Origin: the human T2T-CHM13v2.0 reference genome, Homo sapiens
Assembly: GCF_009914755.1 (NCBI RefSeq)
Contig: NC_060933.1
Reading direction: 5' to 3' (one strand)
Length of the DNA stretch: 64,000 bases
Both the position numbers and the translations under genes were made by a program. How positions within the stretch are numbered: the stretch's first letter is position 1; each line of letters starts with the position of its first letter. This document shows positions 43,107 through 58,801 of this stretch, piece by piece. The notes below the pieces were generated by a model, which was given only the letters and a program-made list of their open reading frames with translations, had not been told where the DNA came from and searched no databases.

Positions 43107-45289
43107 TTATTGTAACATCAGAAACAGAAGTAGCAGAAGATAAGATGACCAAGGTCACAAAGGTCTTGTATATCTGGCTATTTGAAATTTGTCCAGTCCA
43201 GCATACATTCTCAACCCTAGCCACACATTACAATAGTCTGCAGAGCTTCTTTAAAAAATAAAGACCTTCACCCACACCTCCCACTATGGGATTGTAATCT
43301 CATTGGCCTTACTGGTCAGATTTTCATTTAAGACACAACATTGGTGACAGAGTGGAAGAAGAAAATAAAGTAAAGGCAAAACTATTTCCAAATTCCAGAA
43401 GAGAGATAATGAAAGCCAGAATCAGGACAGCAGCACTGGGAAGAGATATAGAAGGACTGGAGAAGTATTTAGGAGACGGACTCCATGAGATGGATGAGAC
43501 AGAGAAGTCTAGAATGACTTCTAAATTTTCACTTTGGTTGAAGGAGGAAACACAGGAGAAAATGTTTACTGGTGTTTTGTAAGGGAGGTAAGGAGAAGAA
43601 GACAGCTGATGAGCTGGGTTCAGTATGTGTTTAGTTTGAGGTACCTGCAAGACATCTAATGGAAATGCCTTAATTACATCTAAATAGGCTCATGGCAATT
43701 TGTGTCATGGGAAACTGTCTCACAGCAGGCTGAACAAAAGTGGTTATATTGTCCCCTGATTTGCCAATATTACAAGTAACATGGGGTGGAGGATATTCAA
43801 AACAGATCCGTGGGTTGTTCTTCCTTGAACAAGCTTTATTCCTCCCTGATGCATCTGTCAAAGCAATCTGTGAGAACCCCAATGCCCACAAAGATGGAGG
43901 GAGAGGTGCTGGAATGCAGACGCAAAAGGCAGGGAGGAATGAGGCTGTTTTGGAACAACAGGTCACAGCTGCAGATCGAGATCATATTACCACACCTTCC
44001 CTCAAATCTACCCAACCTCATCAGCTGAATAATGCTTACCATCTGGTCTCACAATTACAGTCTTTTTTTCTAGAATGACTTTTTCCTAACTAGTTGAACT
44101 TTGCTTACATATGGAATGCAAGAACCAAAGTTAAAGAGGAAAACAGTCCTTGCCAGAGAAGACCTCTAGAGACAGTGTCCAAGATTTTTGATGAAAAACA
44201 CAGAAAGCGTTTCTAGTCTGGCTGGCAAAGTTGTGTTTTTACAAAAGAACCAGACATCCCATAGATCCAAAACAAGTCAAGGTAAATCAATTCTACAACA
44301 GCACTGTGCCCAAGGTGGCCTCACTCTTCTTGTTTTTCAAATGAGGATCCCAGAAACAGTCCCATCTCAGAGACCTGCGGTGGGAATCAAGGGAGAAAAT
44401 AAATGAGTGCCTAAGTTGCTTTTTCTGTTTTCCCTAAATTGTTTATTCCCTCAGGTCAGGCAGCATGGTATCCCAGAATCTAATCAAATTTTAGTTCATC
44501 TCTGTAGTTACGTTGTGATTTCTGCTATTAAGGTACACACATACTACATAGTTAGCTAGGAAATCCTTCAATGCTATGTATCTTAACAGAGCCTATGTCA
44601 GAAAAAGTGGCCACAGATGCAAAGCTTATTCTTCCCCAGTCTTGCAGCTAAGGGTTCATTATAATGGGGGTGTATGTGGATGGCTTTTTGAGATTAACGC
44701 TTTTTCTAAAAGAATAACCCAGATTAATTAAAAAATCTTTTTTCCTGACTATTGAAACTATATAATTTACCTGAGGTATCTCCACAGTATTATTGTTCTA
44801 TATTATTTCCACCCTGATACCAATTTTACTCCATCTAGTTTGGTGTTCAACACTGCCATTCCTTCCTGGTCACAGCACATGTTGCATACATTTAAAGTTT
44901 CATGATTTCATTTATTGTATGATGTGCTCTAGTATTTTCATTACTCACTCTTGAGAGCAACATTTATCTTTTAGAGAAGGATAATAACACCATACAGAGC
45001 TCTAAAGCAGAGCAGAATACTCATTATGTTCTCTTTTTAACATTCCTGGGTGACAGTTTTAGCTTCATTAGACTCTCCTGATCACCACAATGCTACTTTC
45101 CTGTGCCCAAGAGAATGCCAAAGCTGCCTTCCCTCTGGTGTACTCTCCTTAACATTAAGTAGTGTGTATTGCGCACGTACAAGTTCCATACCGTACAACA
45201 GACTCTAACTCTCATCCTGCAACTGTACCTTGGAAAGTCCACATTGAAATGACTTGTATGCTAGTGCCATTCTTACAGACCATTCAGGT

Positions 45290-46000
45290 GCTGAAAAGCC
45301 AGGTAAAACCACTTCTCCACTGCTACCATCCTAGCCAAGTGAGCAATACCTTTTATCTGCCAACTGCAACAGGCTCTTAACCAATTCCTCTTCCTCCACA
45401 CTGCTTCCCTAAAGTCCAGCTTGTACAAAACAAGCATAAATCAATTTGCACTAAGTCACTCTCCTGCTTAAAACCCTCCAAAGTCTTCCTACTTGAAATC
45501 CTTACTGCTATCCATAATGCCCTACACATGACTGGCCCTGCTAGTTTCTTGGATCTCATCTCTTTCCACTCGCTCCTCATTTACGAGGTTCCAGTCACAC
45601 AGACCAAGCCCATTTCTGTCTCAGGATCTTTGCATTTATAGATCCATCTGCTGGGATTACTCTCTCTGCAGCTTTTTATGTCTATTTACTTATTAAATGT
45701 CGCTTTCTTAAAAAGGCTATCCTTGGTTATCCTAGCCAGAGCAACAGCCCACCACCATCACCACATTCTCCCATTTTATTATCATCACATGCTGATATAC
45801 CCAAATGATATATCCTTTATTTATACCCAAAATTATTGTATTTATTGGTTTACATGTTTATTGTTTTATCTTCCCTCAACAAGAATATTAACTTCATGAA
45901 GGAAGGAATGCTACCTCTTTCATGTCTGTATCTCTGGAATCTAGAATATTGCCTGGCGACAGCAGACACTCAGTATCTTCCATTGGATGAATTAGCAAGT
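45290..46000 (+). mobile_element. LINE-2 3' remnant
   Basis: gtcactctcctgcttaaaaccctcca...tctcaggatctttgcattt...tctagaatattgcctggc...cagacactcagta...tggatgaat. Confidence 0.7.
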
Positions 46001-46594
46001 CATAGCTAAGCGCCTAGTACATATATCCCAAACAAGAAAAATTAATAAGTAGAAATGTCATTAAATTACGGGTGGAAAATAAACATTAACATCTACCGTG
46101 TGTAAGGTCTTTAAATGGATGCTATAGGACATTCAAAGGGGCATAAGGAAGACCCTGGAAGACCAAATTCTAGAATGGTGGAACAATTCCTACACACTTT
46201 TGAAGGTTCAGAATTTGTATCCTATAATTTTAACCTGTATTACCTGGCCAAATTATTTTTAAGTGTGAGGGTTTTTTAAATGAGTGCACAGATATATAAT
46301 AAAAGTGCAAGCACATGAATGAGAACAAGCAGCAGCAATTTCCGGACAACTTCTGAGATGACAGGCAGGAGGAAGGAGTAGGGGACGGTGCTTTGGTTAT
46401 ATCTACAATTCTTTTCAGAGACCTGAAGCAAATTATGTAAAATGTTAGCATGTTTGATTTTAATGTTTGGTCATTAGATGATTGCCGTATTACTTTTTGT
46501 GCTTTTTATATATTCAACTCACTCATATTCAGATATTTATAAATTTAGAAATTTTAACAACAAGAAACTAGAAGTCTTGATTTTTCTTAAGTAA

Positions 46595-46987
<393 letters not shown>

Positions 46988-49391
46988 TGAATTTTTTAAA
47001 GTACGTTTTTAAAATTTAAAGTTAGCCACTATTAAAAATAGATATTGGATGTACCACTCAAACCACTAAAGAAACAAACAAAAATTTTTTAAAAAGGAAG
47101 GAAGAACAAAACAGTTTGAAAAGAAAACTCAATTTATCAAAAGGAAGGAAAAGAAAAGACAGAAGCAAAAGCAAGGAAATGCACACACGTAAATAGAATG
47201 TCAAGAATAAGCCCAAACATGTGACTAGATATCATAAATGTGATGCCCTTAATTCTCTTACTAAAAAACAGATTCAACACCATGACTTTTGAACAGATTT
47301 TTGTTTTCCCTTGAACTTCTAACTGCTTTTTCTTTTTATTCTCTCTTTTGTTACAGATAAGAAACACACAGTTTATTACAGCAGAAGCATGCCACAGATG
47401 TATTTCCAACTTTTTAATTATACAATTTATCCCCAAAGACATTTCCTGCAGCCCGCTGACTTACTAACCCAATCGAACCCATTGATTTCTAGGCCTGCTT
47501 CTCAGCTTCCACTGAGGGCTGCTTATTTTACATACCTAGGTGGCACATTGTTTCTTCTAACGTACATCTTTTTTTTGGAATCTCTTTTCTTCTCCCTCCC
47601 CCACCCCCATTTTCTAGAGTGTATCCATGAGCATTCTTTCTAGAAAGTTTGCATAAGCTTAAAATCATTTTCTCTCAGAACACTGTCTTCTAGTATTTAG
47701 TCTTGCAGGTGAGAAGTCTGATGTATGATTCCCATTCTTTTTGTGTAAAACACCTGCATAGTACGAGTCCTTACTTACTCGCCAAGCTTTGTCTTGCACT
47801 GCATGTCTGCTTTCTGGACATATTAGTTTTTCCATTCCTTTCAGTCTATCACAATCCCCCTAACCATGGGCCTTTGTACGTGTTTGCTCTCTCTTCCTGG
47901 GATGTTACCTGCTCTCCTCGCAATCTAATTCCTACTCACACTTTACTTACCGCTACTTCTGGGATGCCTTCCCTGATTAAGTCAAAAATCCCTTTGTAAT
48001 ATGCTCTCAGCACTATAAAACACTCCATGGTAGAAGTTATCACAGGTGTAATTTATTTTTATTTATAATGTGATTATTGTTTACTTCTGTCATCAGACTA
48101 TTTTTACTCCACTGTGTCTATTATTACCTAACAAAATTTTTGGCATATAGTAAGTGCTCTATAAACATTTGTTGAATGAATAAAAAAAATAAGTGAAAGA
48201 AAGAACAAGGATCTGGCTAGCTAGCTACCAACCTAGGCCATTAACCAAATATTTTTCTCATCCTCTCCTACCTGAAACTGTCACAATGTCTTTCATTAAC
48301 TTTGGGAGATCACAGATATCACTAGAATATAATGTCTTGGCTTTGCTCATAATTCTTGCTTGGCCCTTGATTGGCAATTTTATCTATAGTCTCACATTCG
48401 TCTTTAGATTAAGGAAATATCCTATTACTTTGAGTAATTTTCTTTCCATTGTTTCTGTTCATCTGAGACTTCTTTTACAATGAATGTTGGATATTTGGGA
48501 ATCTACATTTAAAAATTGATGGATCCTTGACGTCTCTTAATTTTTCATTTGTATTTTTAACACTTTACTTTTTATTTGGTATCCTGGGTGATATCGTGGA
48601 CTTATTTTCAAGGTCAAATATTTGATTTTTAGCTCTATCCATTTCACTACTTGGTAGTGGCTTTTGGTTTGTCTGTTTATTAGTAATGGATAAAGGAGGG
48701 CAGGCGATCAGATTTTTTTATTTTCAGGAACACTGTTCTCTGAATGATACTTTTGCATAGTAATATGTACTAATTTAGTCAATACAGTGTCTTCTTGAAT
48801 TTGTGAAGCTATTAATTAGAGTTTATTTGACGTTATTTTGTGTTTCCTATACTATCACTGTTTCCATGTAAGATGTTGCTCTACATTCAAATGCAGTGGG
48901 TGGGGGGTCATCATGCTTCAAGGAATGTCTATTCGTTATGCAGGAAACATTCCTGAATAGAGGACCCTCTTAATTTGAGAAGACAGTATAAAGAACTGCC
49001 ACCAAAGTCAGCTTTTCCCTGTACCTAAAACATTTAGCCATGCCCTCTGAGTAGGCAAAATGCTAAATGAGATAATTACATGGGGAGAGATGTGTTCCTC
49101 TGAATGTTCTTATCTACAAATAGAACAAATAAAGTCAGAATAATGTTCCAAAAATATGGAAGCAGCACAACCACCTAATTAGATCCAGGATGTATGCACA
49201 CATACTTCATTGCCAATGGTAGCTACTATTCTCAGGAACAGAATGTGACCCCTGAGGTCTATAAGCATACAAAAAAGGAAAGGCTTTAATTTACTCGCAA
49301 TCAAACAATACAGTCTAAACCTTAAGATGGGTCACTGCCTCTTCCTTTTTTCCTAATTCTTGTCTTCTGATTTCTACCCAGCTCTGTCTTA

Positions 49392-50041
<650 letters not shown>

Positions 50042-52139
50042 TTATTACCCATCAATAACCAAAGGAAAAAAAAAAAAAAAAACAATGCTACTCCAAGGCC
50101 TACAAAGAGATTATCTGGTAAGCCCTTACAATTTTCAAGTCACTGATATTATTTTAAACTTGTAAAACTATATATATACCCATATGTATGCATACACATA
50201 TAACGCATAACATGCATGCACTATGCACACTCAGGATCCTCAGTCTTCACTTTGCTGTATCATAAAAAAGACAGTAAGATTTGTTTTCTTTTACATAATG
50301 TGCACTATGAGACCCAATCAAAAACAATGGTACCACATATATTCTTCACATAGAAAATAACTCACAGTTCTCAAAATGGTGAAATCTATTTTGCCTCGTA
50401 AACTAAGTGATAAATTGCAAAAGTTTTAAAAAGCAAAATTTCCCCCTTATTTAAAAAATAATAAATTGTAAACTTCACAGAAAATCAATGTTGTCAACTC
50501 CAGACCAACATCATCTAACTTAGAAAGTGATACTAAACTAATTGCATGACTGTGGTCCAACTGTTACTAAGGTGATTTGAATAATATTTATCCCTTTAAA
50601 AGGATAAAGGAAATTCCCCTTAGAATCTTTCCCTAGCAAAAGTTCAACATTAACAGGAAGTTTATAATTGGTTTTGCAACATATTTAATTTTTTAACTAC
50701 AAATTAAGATTCTCCCAAAATAATATAAATCTAAACAAGTACTGAAATCTGGCTGAAAATGCTCATAGAATGTAGCTGATGACAAAATCCTGTGGATTTT
50801 TTTTCTTTGCAGTTCATGAATCACAAGATATGTATTACCCAAGACAGAAACTTCAAGGATAGAGAAACGTAATGGAAATTTTATTTACAATTCATTTTCT
50901 TACTATCAAAATGGGGAAAATATTAAAAATTTAATCTAAAAGCGAATTCAGAAAACTTTGTGAATTATTTACATAACCTAAAAATGTTTATATTTATATA
51001 AATATAATTTTTAATAGCCAAAAGACATGAAAAGAAGAACAGTATAAACTGTAAATGTGGTCACTGTCATTCTTTTTGAGATTAGTTACATCTCCTATAG
51101 CTGCCAAATGCCCTGGATTGATCTTTAGGAAGCACAGATTCTTGGCAGAGCAGAAAGGAGGTACGGTCTGTTCTAATATGATAGCTATGTGTCTAAGATA
51201 TCTCTCTTTATCAAAAACTTTTTCTAAATTAAAAAAATCCTTAAAGTAAGGTTATAAAAACAATTATTCAATTGGGAAGTGGGTGCTTCGGCTACAGAAT
51301 TCCAGATTCACAATCATAAACATACTTTTTTCTACATAAATTTCAATTATTTTAAGTACAAGTGTAGAGTAAAAAAGCTAGCTGATAAAATTGACAACAC
51401 CAAGTCTAAATATTGCAAAGCAAATTCTGACTAGCCCGTAAATCCTAAGCAAAAGTCAATCAGTTCTAAAGCTGTCTAAATAAACTGCAACAATATCGCT
51501 GATAGAAACTTATCCTATAGATATATTTACACACAATACAATTATGCATGTGCAAAGATTTGCAGTATTCTTTATTTTAAAAGCTGTAAATAACTTAAAT
51601 AAGCATAAATAGAGAAGTAAAATAAGGTACACTGCACCCATAAAGTAGAATCCTATTCAATTCCATCAGTTTAGGTATTCTGGCTTTACTGATACCAAGT
51701 CATCAGATGCCCTACAGTAAGCCTTAATGGAGGATAAAATTCAATGCCTCTAACAGTGTTTAGAACAACAAATCATAAAAATGATACTTTAAACATCTTA
51801 TTTAAAAATATAAATTTGTATTCATTTACCAATGTTTTGACATAGAGTCAAGGCTTTTTATTTGAACACAGGTGCATTGACTGGAGTTCTGTGTCATATT
51901 CGAAGCAAAAGCAACCCCAATTAAGCATCCCATACTACTTCCAATTTGGCTCCTCCAGAATAGAGTCAGAACTTAAAATTCTTGCAAAGCCATTTCAGTG
52001 AAAAACCCTGTGGAGTGTTTTTATGGATTCTCCAAACTTCGACAGTTGTTTTCATCAGTTCTTTTTTTCCCCCAATTTACATTAATTGAATGTTAACAAA
52101 GCATTCACCTAATTTTCATAGAAACGATGTCTTCTTTTT

Positions 52140-52690
52140 GTACTTATTTTATTAGACAATGTAATTATTTCATTAGTTATGTGACTAGGGATGCAGCAAT
52201 GAACCCAGCAGAAAAAAAAAAAAAAAATCTGCCTTCATTGAGTTTAGGTTCTAAGATAAATGAGAAAGACAATCAACAAAATACAAAATAAGTAAGATAC
52301 ATTTTAGAGGGGAATAATATTTGGAGACTGTGGAAGAGCAAGTGTGGATACAAGAAGAGCAGCTAGAAACTCACGCAGTAAATCAGACAAGAGATAATGG
52401 TGGCTTTGAATATGGGAAGGTGGAGATCATAGACACATTTTGACCATACAGCTGATATGTATGGCTAACAGACTGGATACTGGAGAGAATGAGAAAAGTA
52501 AAAAATACCTGAAAACTGAAAAAATGAATTTAGTGGCAAGGAGGACACTGATGACAGTTCAGTGGAGTCATGAGAACTCCTGACTTGGAGTAACATCGAG
52601 AGAGCAGGAAAGAAACTGAATACTGCAAGGATATACAACTCTTTGAAGCAGTTTCACTGGAAGAGAATAGAAAAGTGGCTATGGGCATGA
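52140..52690 (-). mobile_element. LINE-2 remnant
   Basis: ctagggatgcagcaatgaac...aatctgccttcattgagtttaggttcta...gagataatggtggcttt. Confidence 0.6.
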
Positions 52691-52725
52691 ATTAGTATGT
52701 TTTACAAAACTATTGTTAACACATT

Positions 52726-53041
<316 letters not shown>

Positions 53042-53509
53042 TTAAGTTGGTGAAAAGAAAAGTCAGGTAAGAATAGGTGCATATACTCAGTGTGTATATG
53101 TAGATACACACATGCCCTCCCACACTCACTTATGCTTATATATGTAGATAATTTTAAAAAATTCTAAATCAGAAATTAGTATTGCCATGGCTAAAGATTG
53201 AGGTGAGAAGGTAGATTCACTGTGTATTTTTCACTACTAGAATTTTTGTCACAAATCATTACTTTAAAATTAATTGTAAAATTGTAATTGAGTTTACAAC
53301 TGTTAATAACAACAGGATACCAGCTGAGCTGCTGGAAATTCAAAGCAGCTTTAGGCTTGTTTGCTGTACAAATAGCATATTGTGGTTACAAAATAATCAC
53401 TATTGGTTCTAGTAATACAAATCACATACCCTAATTAAGTGATTGTGTTATATCCAAATGGAATATCTAACAGACTAGAAATCCATTAACAGCACAGTTT
53501 TGCATTCAG

Positions 53510-55910
53510 AGGCCAAAATATTTTTACAAATGAATACAAATAATGAGAAAGAAATGAACCATGCATTTAACTCAAGAAGTTGAGCAAAAATATATAACGT
53601 CCCCAAAAGCAAAAAAGAAATTAAAACATGTTACTGAAATAGTAAATAAAAAAGAATAAACTTGATTAAGACAACAAATCTGGTATTTAAAGAAACAACT
53701 AAAGAGACAAATGTCTTATAAATATGACCAACAAAATAAAAACAGATTACGAAGAAGAGATAACCATAGATGATGAAGTTCACACAACTAGAAGAAGTTA
53801 CATGAAATTATTTGCCAATAAATTTGAAAAAATGGCTAAAATTGATGTTTTTCTAAGGAAACAAACTATGACAATTGATGTAATAGTTTGATAATCTGAA
53901 TATACCCAAAACAAAAAACATAGAGAATATAATCGTTAAAAAAGTTCCTTCACCCCCCTCAAAAGGCACCAGATTCAGATGGATTTGTGGATGAAATTTA
54001 TCAAACCACTAAGGAACATATTACTTCCTATGGAATTTATATTGTTCCCCAAGTATTAACATTTAAAAAAAATTCCAATTCATTCTAAGAGACTAAAATA
54101 AACTATAAAAAAATAGACAAAACAAATCTCCCCCCCACAAAACTACAGATTAGTTTTTCTCAGTGGGATTGGAATTGGCTTTGGGGATGAAAAGCTTCTT
54201 TGTTGCATTAACTGTTCCATGAATTCCAGGGTCCTTAGCACCCTGCCCATTGTGGCCAGCAAAAACTACTCCCTCACATTCCCAAATGTCCCTGGAGAAT
54301 AGTCAGCAGGAAGTACCACCTTTCTTTGAGAATAACTGTATAGACCAGTCAACTTTATGAATATAATTGAATCTGACATTATATTAGCAGAATGCTATGA
54401 TCCAACCAAAAAGGGTTAACACTAGGAAATCTCTTAATGCAATTCACCACACTATTAAGAAAAAATATTAGCACCAATGACTTGCCTGGTAAAATTCAAC
54501 ATTTACTTTTTTAAAAGGAAGATAAAACACCACCACCAACAAATCAAAATATAATTACAAGTACAACACTTAGTAATCTGGGAATGGGGAAAACTACAGA
54601 AAACTTATTAGAAACCAACAGAAATCTTATTTAACAACGATATACTAGAAGTATTCCACTAATATAAGGGATAAGAAAAGGATATCCATTTGTACTGACA
54701 TTCTAGTCAATGAATTAAGCTGGAAAAGAAAAAAGTGATAAACAATTGAAAATAAGTTGTCCTCAGATTGCCTGCTTGTTAATAGAAAAACTAAAATACC
54801 TGATAACTATTCAATCAACTATTAGAAAAAAATTTGTAACTCAGAAAAGTGGGCATATATAAATTAAAGTACAAAACTAAATGGATTTCTTATAATAAAT
54901 ATTTGCAAGATAATCATCATCTAGCAAAAGTATGTTATTCTTCAATAAAGAACATTACATAACTTTTAAGAAAAAATACCTAAATAAATGGAACTAGTAC
55001 CATATTCTTGAAGGGGAAGATTCAATACTTTTAAAATAGGAATTCTTTCAAAATTAGTTTGTATATTAAACGCATTTGTGGGGGCAAGTTAATGAAAGGG
55101 GATTATCTCATTAAAACATGCTATAAAGTCACAGGTTTAAGCTAGTTTGGTACTAGCAGGAGGATAAACGAGATTAGTGGCACACATTAAAATCTAAAAA
55201 CGGATCTCTGCATAACAAAATCTAACACATATTTTAAAACATGAAGAAAAGATCAAATGCTCAATAAATAGTCTTGGAATAATTTGACTTTGGGGTGAGG
55301 GAGGGATATAAAAGTCAGATTCCCATTACATATCAGTACAATAATAAAATGAATAATCCAATTAAAATGTAAAATAGTTTAATAGATGCTTCTCAAAAGA
55401 AAATGTATAAATGGCGCATTAAGCACATGAAAAGGCGATCAGCTTCACTAGTCATCAGGGAAATGCAAATTAAATCCACAATGAGATACGACTGCACACC
55501 CACTGAATGTCTACAATTTAGAAGAGTGACCCTAGCAAATGTTGACTTGGATATAGTGGAACTGAAACTTTCATCACTGCTGGTGAAAATGTAACATGGT
55601 ATTAATTATTTGGAAAACAGTTTGGCAGCTTCCTCAAAAGTTAAACATTCACATATCATATGACTCAGCCATTCTACTCAATATTTATCCAAGAGAAAGG
55701 AAAGAATATGTCCACACAAAGATGTGTAGGAAATGCCCAGAGCAAAATATTTGTAATAGTCAGTAACTAGAAACAACCCAAAAGTCCATCCACAAATCAA
55801 CAGGTGAATATACAGTAGTATTTCCAATCAATGGAATACTAGTCTGTAATAGAAACAAACTATCAATATATGCAACAACATGTTATATGTCAATTATAGT
55901 TCAATAAAGT
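53510..55910 (+). mobile_element. Old L1M remnant (ORF2 pieces plus 3' end), interrupted by a MER/hAT-like piece at ~54150-54340
   Basis: tttgccaataaatttgaaaa, aaaggcaccagattcagatgg, gtcatcagggaaatgcaaattaaatccacaatgagatac, tggaaaacagtttggcag. Confidence 0.75.
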
Positions 55911-56030
55911 AGGAAAGAGAGAATGACAGAGAGAGAGAATGAGGAAGAGGTTGACCAACACTAGAAAGGCCAGCACCAACTATCTTTAGTTTCTTCTTCT
56001 AGTTTCCTGTAGAAAGTAGGTCATAGCTCA

Positions 56031-56299
56031 GGCCGGCACGGTGGCTCATGCCTATAATCCAAGCACTTTGGGAGGCCGAGGCAGGTGGATCACGAGGTCA
56101 GGAGTTTGAGACCAGCCTGACCAACATGGTGAAACCCCATCTCTACTAAAAATACAAAAATTAGCCAGGCGAGGTGGCGTGTGCCTGTAATCCCAGCTGC
56201 TCAGGAGGCTGAGGCAGGAGAATCGCTTGATTTTGGGAGGCAGAGGTTACACTCAGCTGAGATCATGCCACTGCACTCCAGCCTGGTTGACAGAGTGAG
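56031..56299 (+). mobile_element. AluS (Sg-like) whose tail has become a compound microsatellite
   Basis: ggatcacgaggtcaggagtttgagaccagcctgaccaacatgg. The 3' end runs directly into GAAA repeats. Confidence 0.88.
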
Positions 56300-56480
56300 A
56301 AAGAAAGAAAGAAAGAGAGAGAGAGGGGGAAGGGAGGGGAGGGGAAGGGAAAGGAAGGGAAAGGGGAAGGGAAAGGGAAAGGGAAGGAAGAGGGAGGGAG
56401 GAAGGGGAGGAAGGGAAGGAAGGAAGGAAGGAAGGAAGGAAGGAAGGAAGGAAGGAAGGAAGGAAGGAAGGAAGGAAGGA

Positions 56481-56527
<47 letters not shown>

Positions 56528-56544
56528 CACGCAGGCAGGCAGGC
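56299..56544. repeat. Compound microsatellite (GAAA)n(GA)n(GGGA/GGGAAA)n(GGAA)17(GGCA)12CGCA(GGCA)2
   Basis: Uninterrupted GGAA at 56414-56481 (17 units) and GGCA at 56482-56529 (12 units). Confidence 0.95.
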
Positions 56545-56779
56545 TCAAAAACACTCAATAAGCTTAGTGGTGCAGGCTGCACCCTTACTGGGGAAACCCA
56601 TGATTGTCCAGCAATATCTGTGGCTGGGTGGTTGAGTCTGTTGATCCAGGGATGAAATGTTAGCAAGCGCTTTGGCTTCAGAACTAAAGCTCATCAGTAT
56701 TAAATGTGTTATTCTGATCTTAAAAAGAATAGGTAGCACAGTGGGAAAGATTTAAAATGCTCTTACTAGTGACATAATG

Positions 56780-57300
56780 GTAATAAATAAATGGACACAC
56801 TCATATACTGTTGATAGAAGAGTCATTTGACCATCTTTTTGAAGGGCAATTTGGCAATATCTATCTAAATGTACAATGTCCTCTTTTACCTAACAATTCC
56901 ATTTTAGAAATGTGTCATCCAGATATACTTGAAGAAGCATATAAAAATACAACCACATAATGTTCAATGAAATATTTATAACGGTAGAAAATTAGAAACT
57001 ATCTCAATATCCACTGATAGTATACATAAGTGGAGTAGTAAGCAGCCATTAAGCAGATTGGCACTGCTCTATCATATTTACCCACATGGGAAGATACGCA
57101 CATTACATTAAGTCTATAAAGTTACCTCATGTACAACAGGTCACTTATAAAATTGCTATAGGTACTTATATGTATATATACCCTATGTGCATTACAAAAA
57201 ATGTCTAGAAGGATACACACCAAATCATTGGCAGTAGTTACCTTGAGGAACCAGAGGCAGTTGCATGGACTTTGAATTTTAATGTAAACATTGTTTTTGT
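56780..57300 (+). mobile_element. L1ME 3' fragment
   Basis: ttttgaagggcaatttggcaatatctatc...aaaaatgtctagaaggatacacaccaaa...cagtagttacct. Confidence 0.7.
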
Positions 57301-57939
57301 AACTTTTTTTGGTAAGAAACATGTTTTTCTAAGCCTGTCCAGGACAGGGTGGAAACTGATGGAAAAAAAGTCCTGGAACCCACTGGGACACAAACGTGGT
57401 CTCAATTCCTGCTCTCATCCAGGGCAAGTGTTTGTAACCAAAAGTGGTATGCGACTGTCTGTTTCATGCACATAATCTTCCCACCTGCTTACACGTAGCC
57501 TCAGTGTGCTGGCCTGCATGATGTTCATCTACTATGCTCCCTGGTCTAAGACGGAGGAAAAAAGAGGAAGGACAGACAGTAGACTTTGATAATGATATTG
57601 ATGTAGATAACCAACCCTAAATTATTACTTTTCTTTATTCTTTGGAAATGCTTCATTAGAATAAATTAGAAATGCTTCAATGGAAAGAACTTCATTAAAA
57701 ATGTTTTTAAAATAATAATAAAACCTTTATTAAACATTATTTACCAGTTTAAAACAAAACATGTTTAATAATTAAGGAAATGAATGACAATATTCACATG
57801 GGAACTTAAGAAGCTAGTTAGCGGGGAGGAAGAAAAATAGAGATATCTTGGAAATAAAATTTATTTTAATCTCCGAGGCTGGGTAACTTGGAGGACTTTA
57901 AAGGTATGTATTCATCTTTTATAGGAGGAAAGAGACAGA

Positions 57940-58110
57940 CAGACCTGAGGTCAGATACTGTTTCTTTTCCTTACTGCATATGGGACATTGGACAAGTTAT
58001 TCACTTTTGCCCAGCCTCAATATCCTTATCTGTCAAATGAGGATATGATCTACTTTCAGCACTATTGTGAGGACTGAATGAGACACTGCAAATGGAATAC
58101 GAAGCACAGG
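57940..58110 (+). mobile_element. MIR
   Basis: ggacattggacaagttattcac...cagcctcaatatccttatctgtcaaatgagga...tattgtgaggactgaatgag. Confidence 0.7.
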
Positions 58111-58331
58111 GCCACCTAATGGGTTCCCTTCATTTCTTTCCTTTCCTTCTTCAGTGAATACGCAAAGGATAAGCCTCCAAGAAATGTGGATATTTTGGGT
58201 GAACTGTTATTGGTTCTCCTAACCTAGAGATAGCAAAGTGGGAAGCTGTATTCCCTACTATGCCATTACCATAGTCACAGAGTGACACCAGGCTGTCCTT
58301 TAATCTGAAACAATTCTGAAGTAACCCATCA

Positions 58332-58801
<470 letters not shown>

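Noticed and set aside
56181-56666. 117-137-aa ORFs with GRKE/GRQA or LPAC/LPSF repeats
   Set aside because: These are translations of the tetranucleotide microsatellite and Alu, which lack stop codons.
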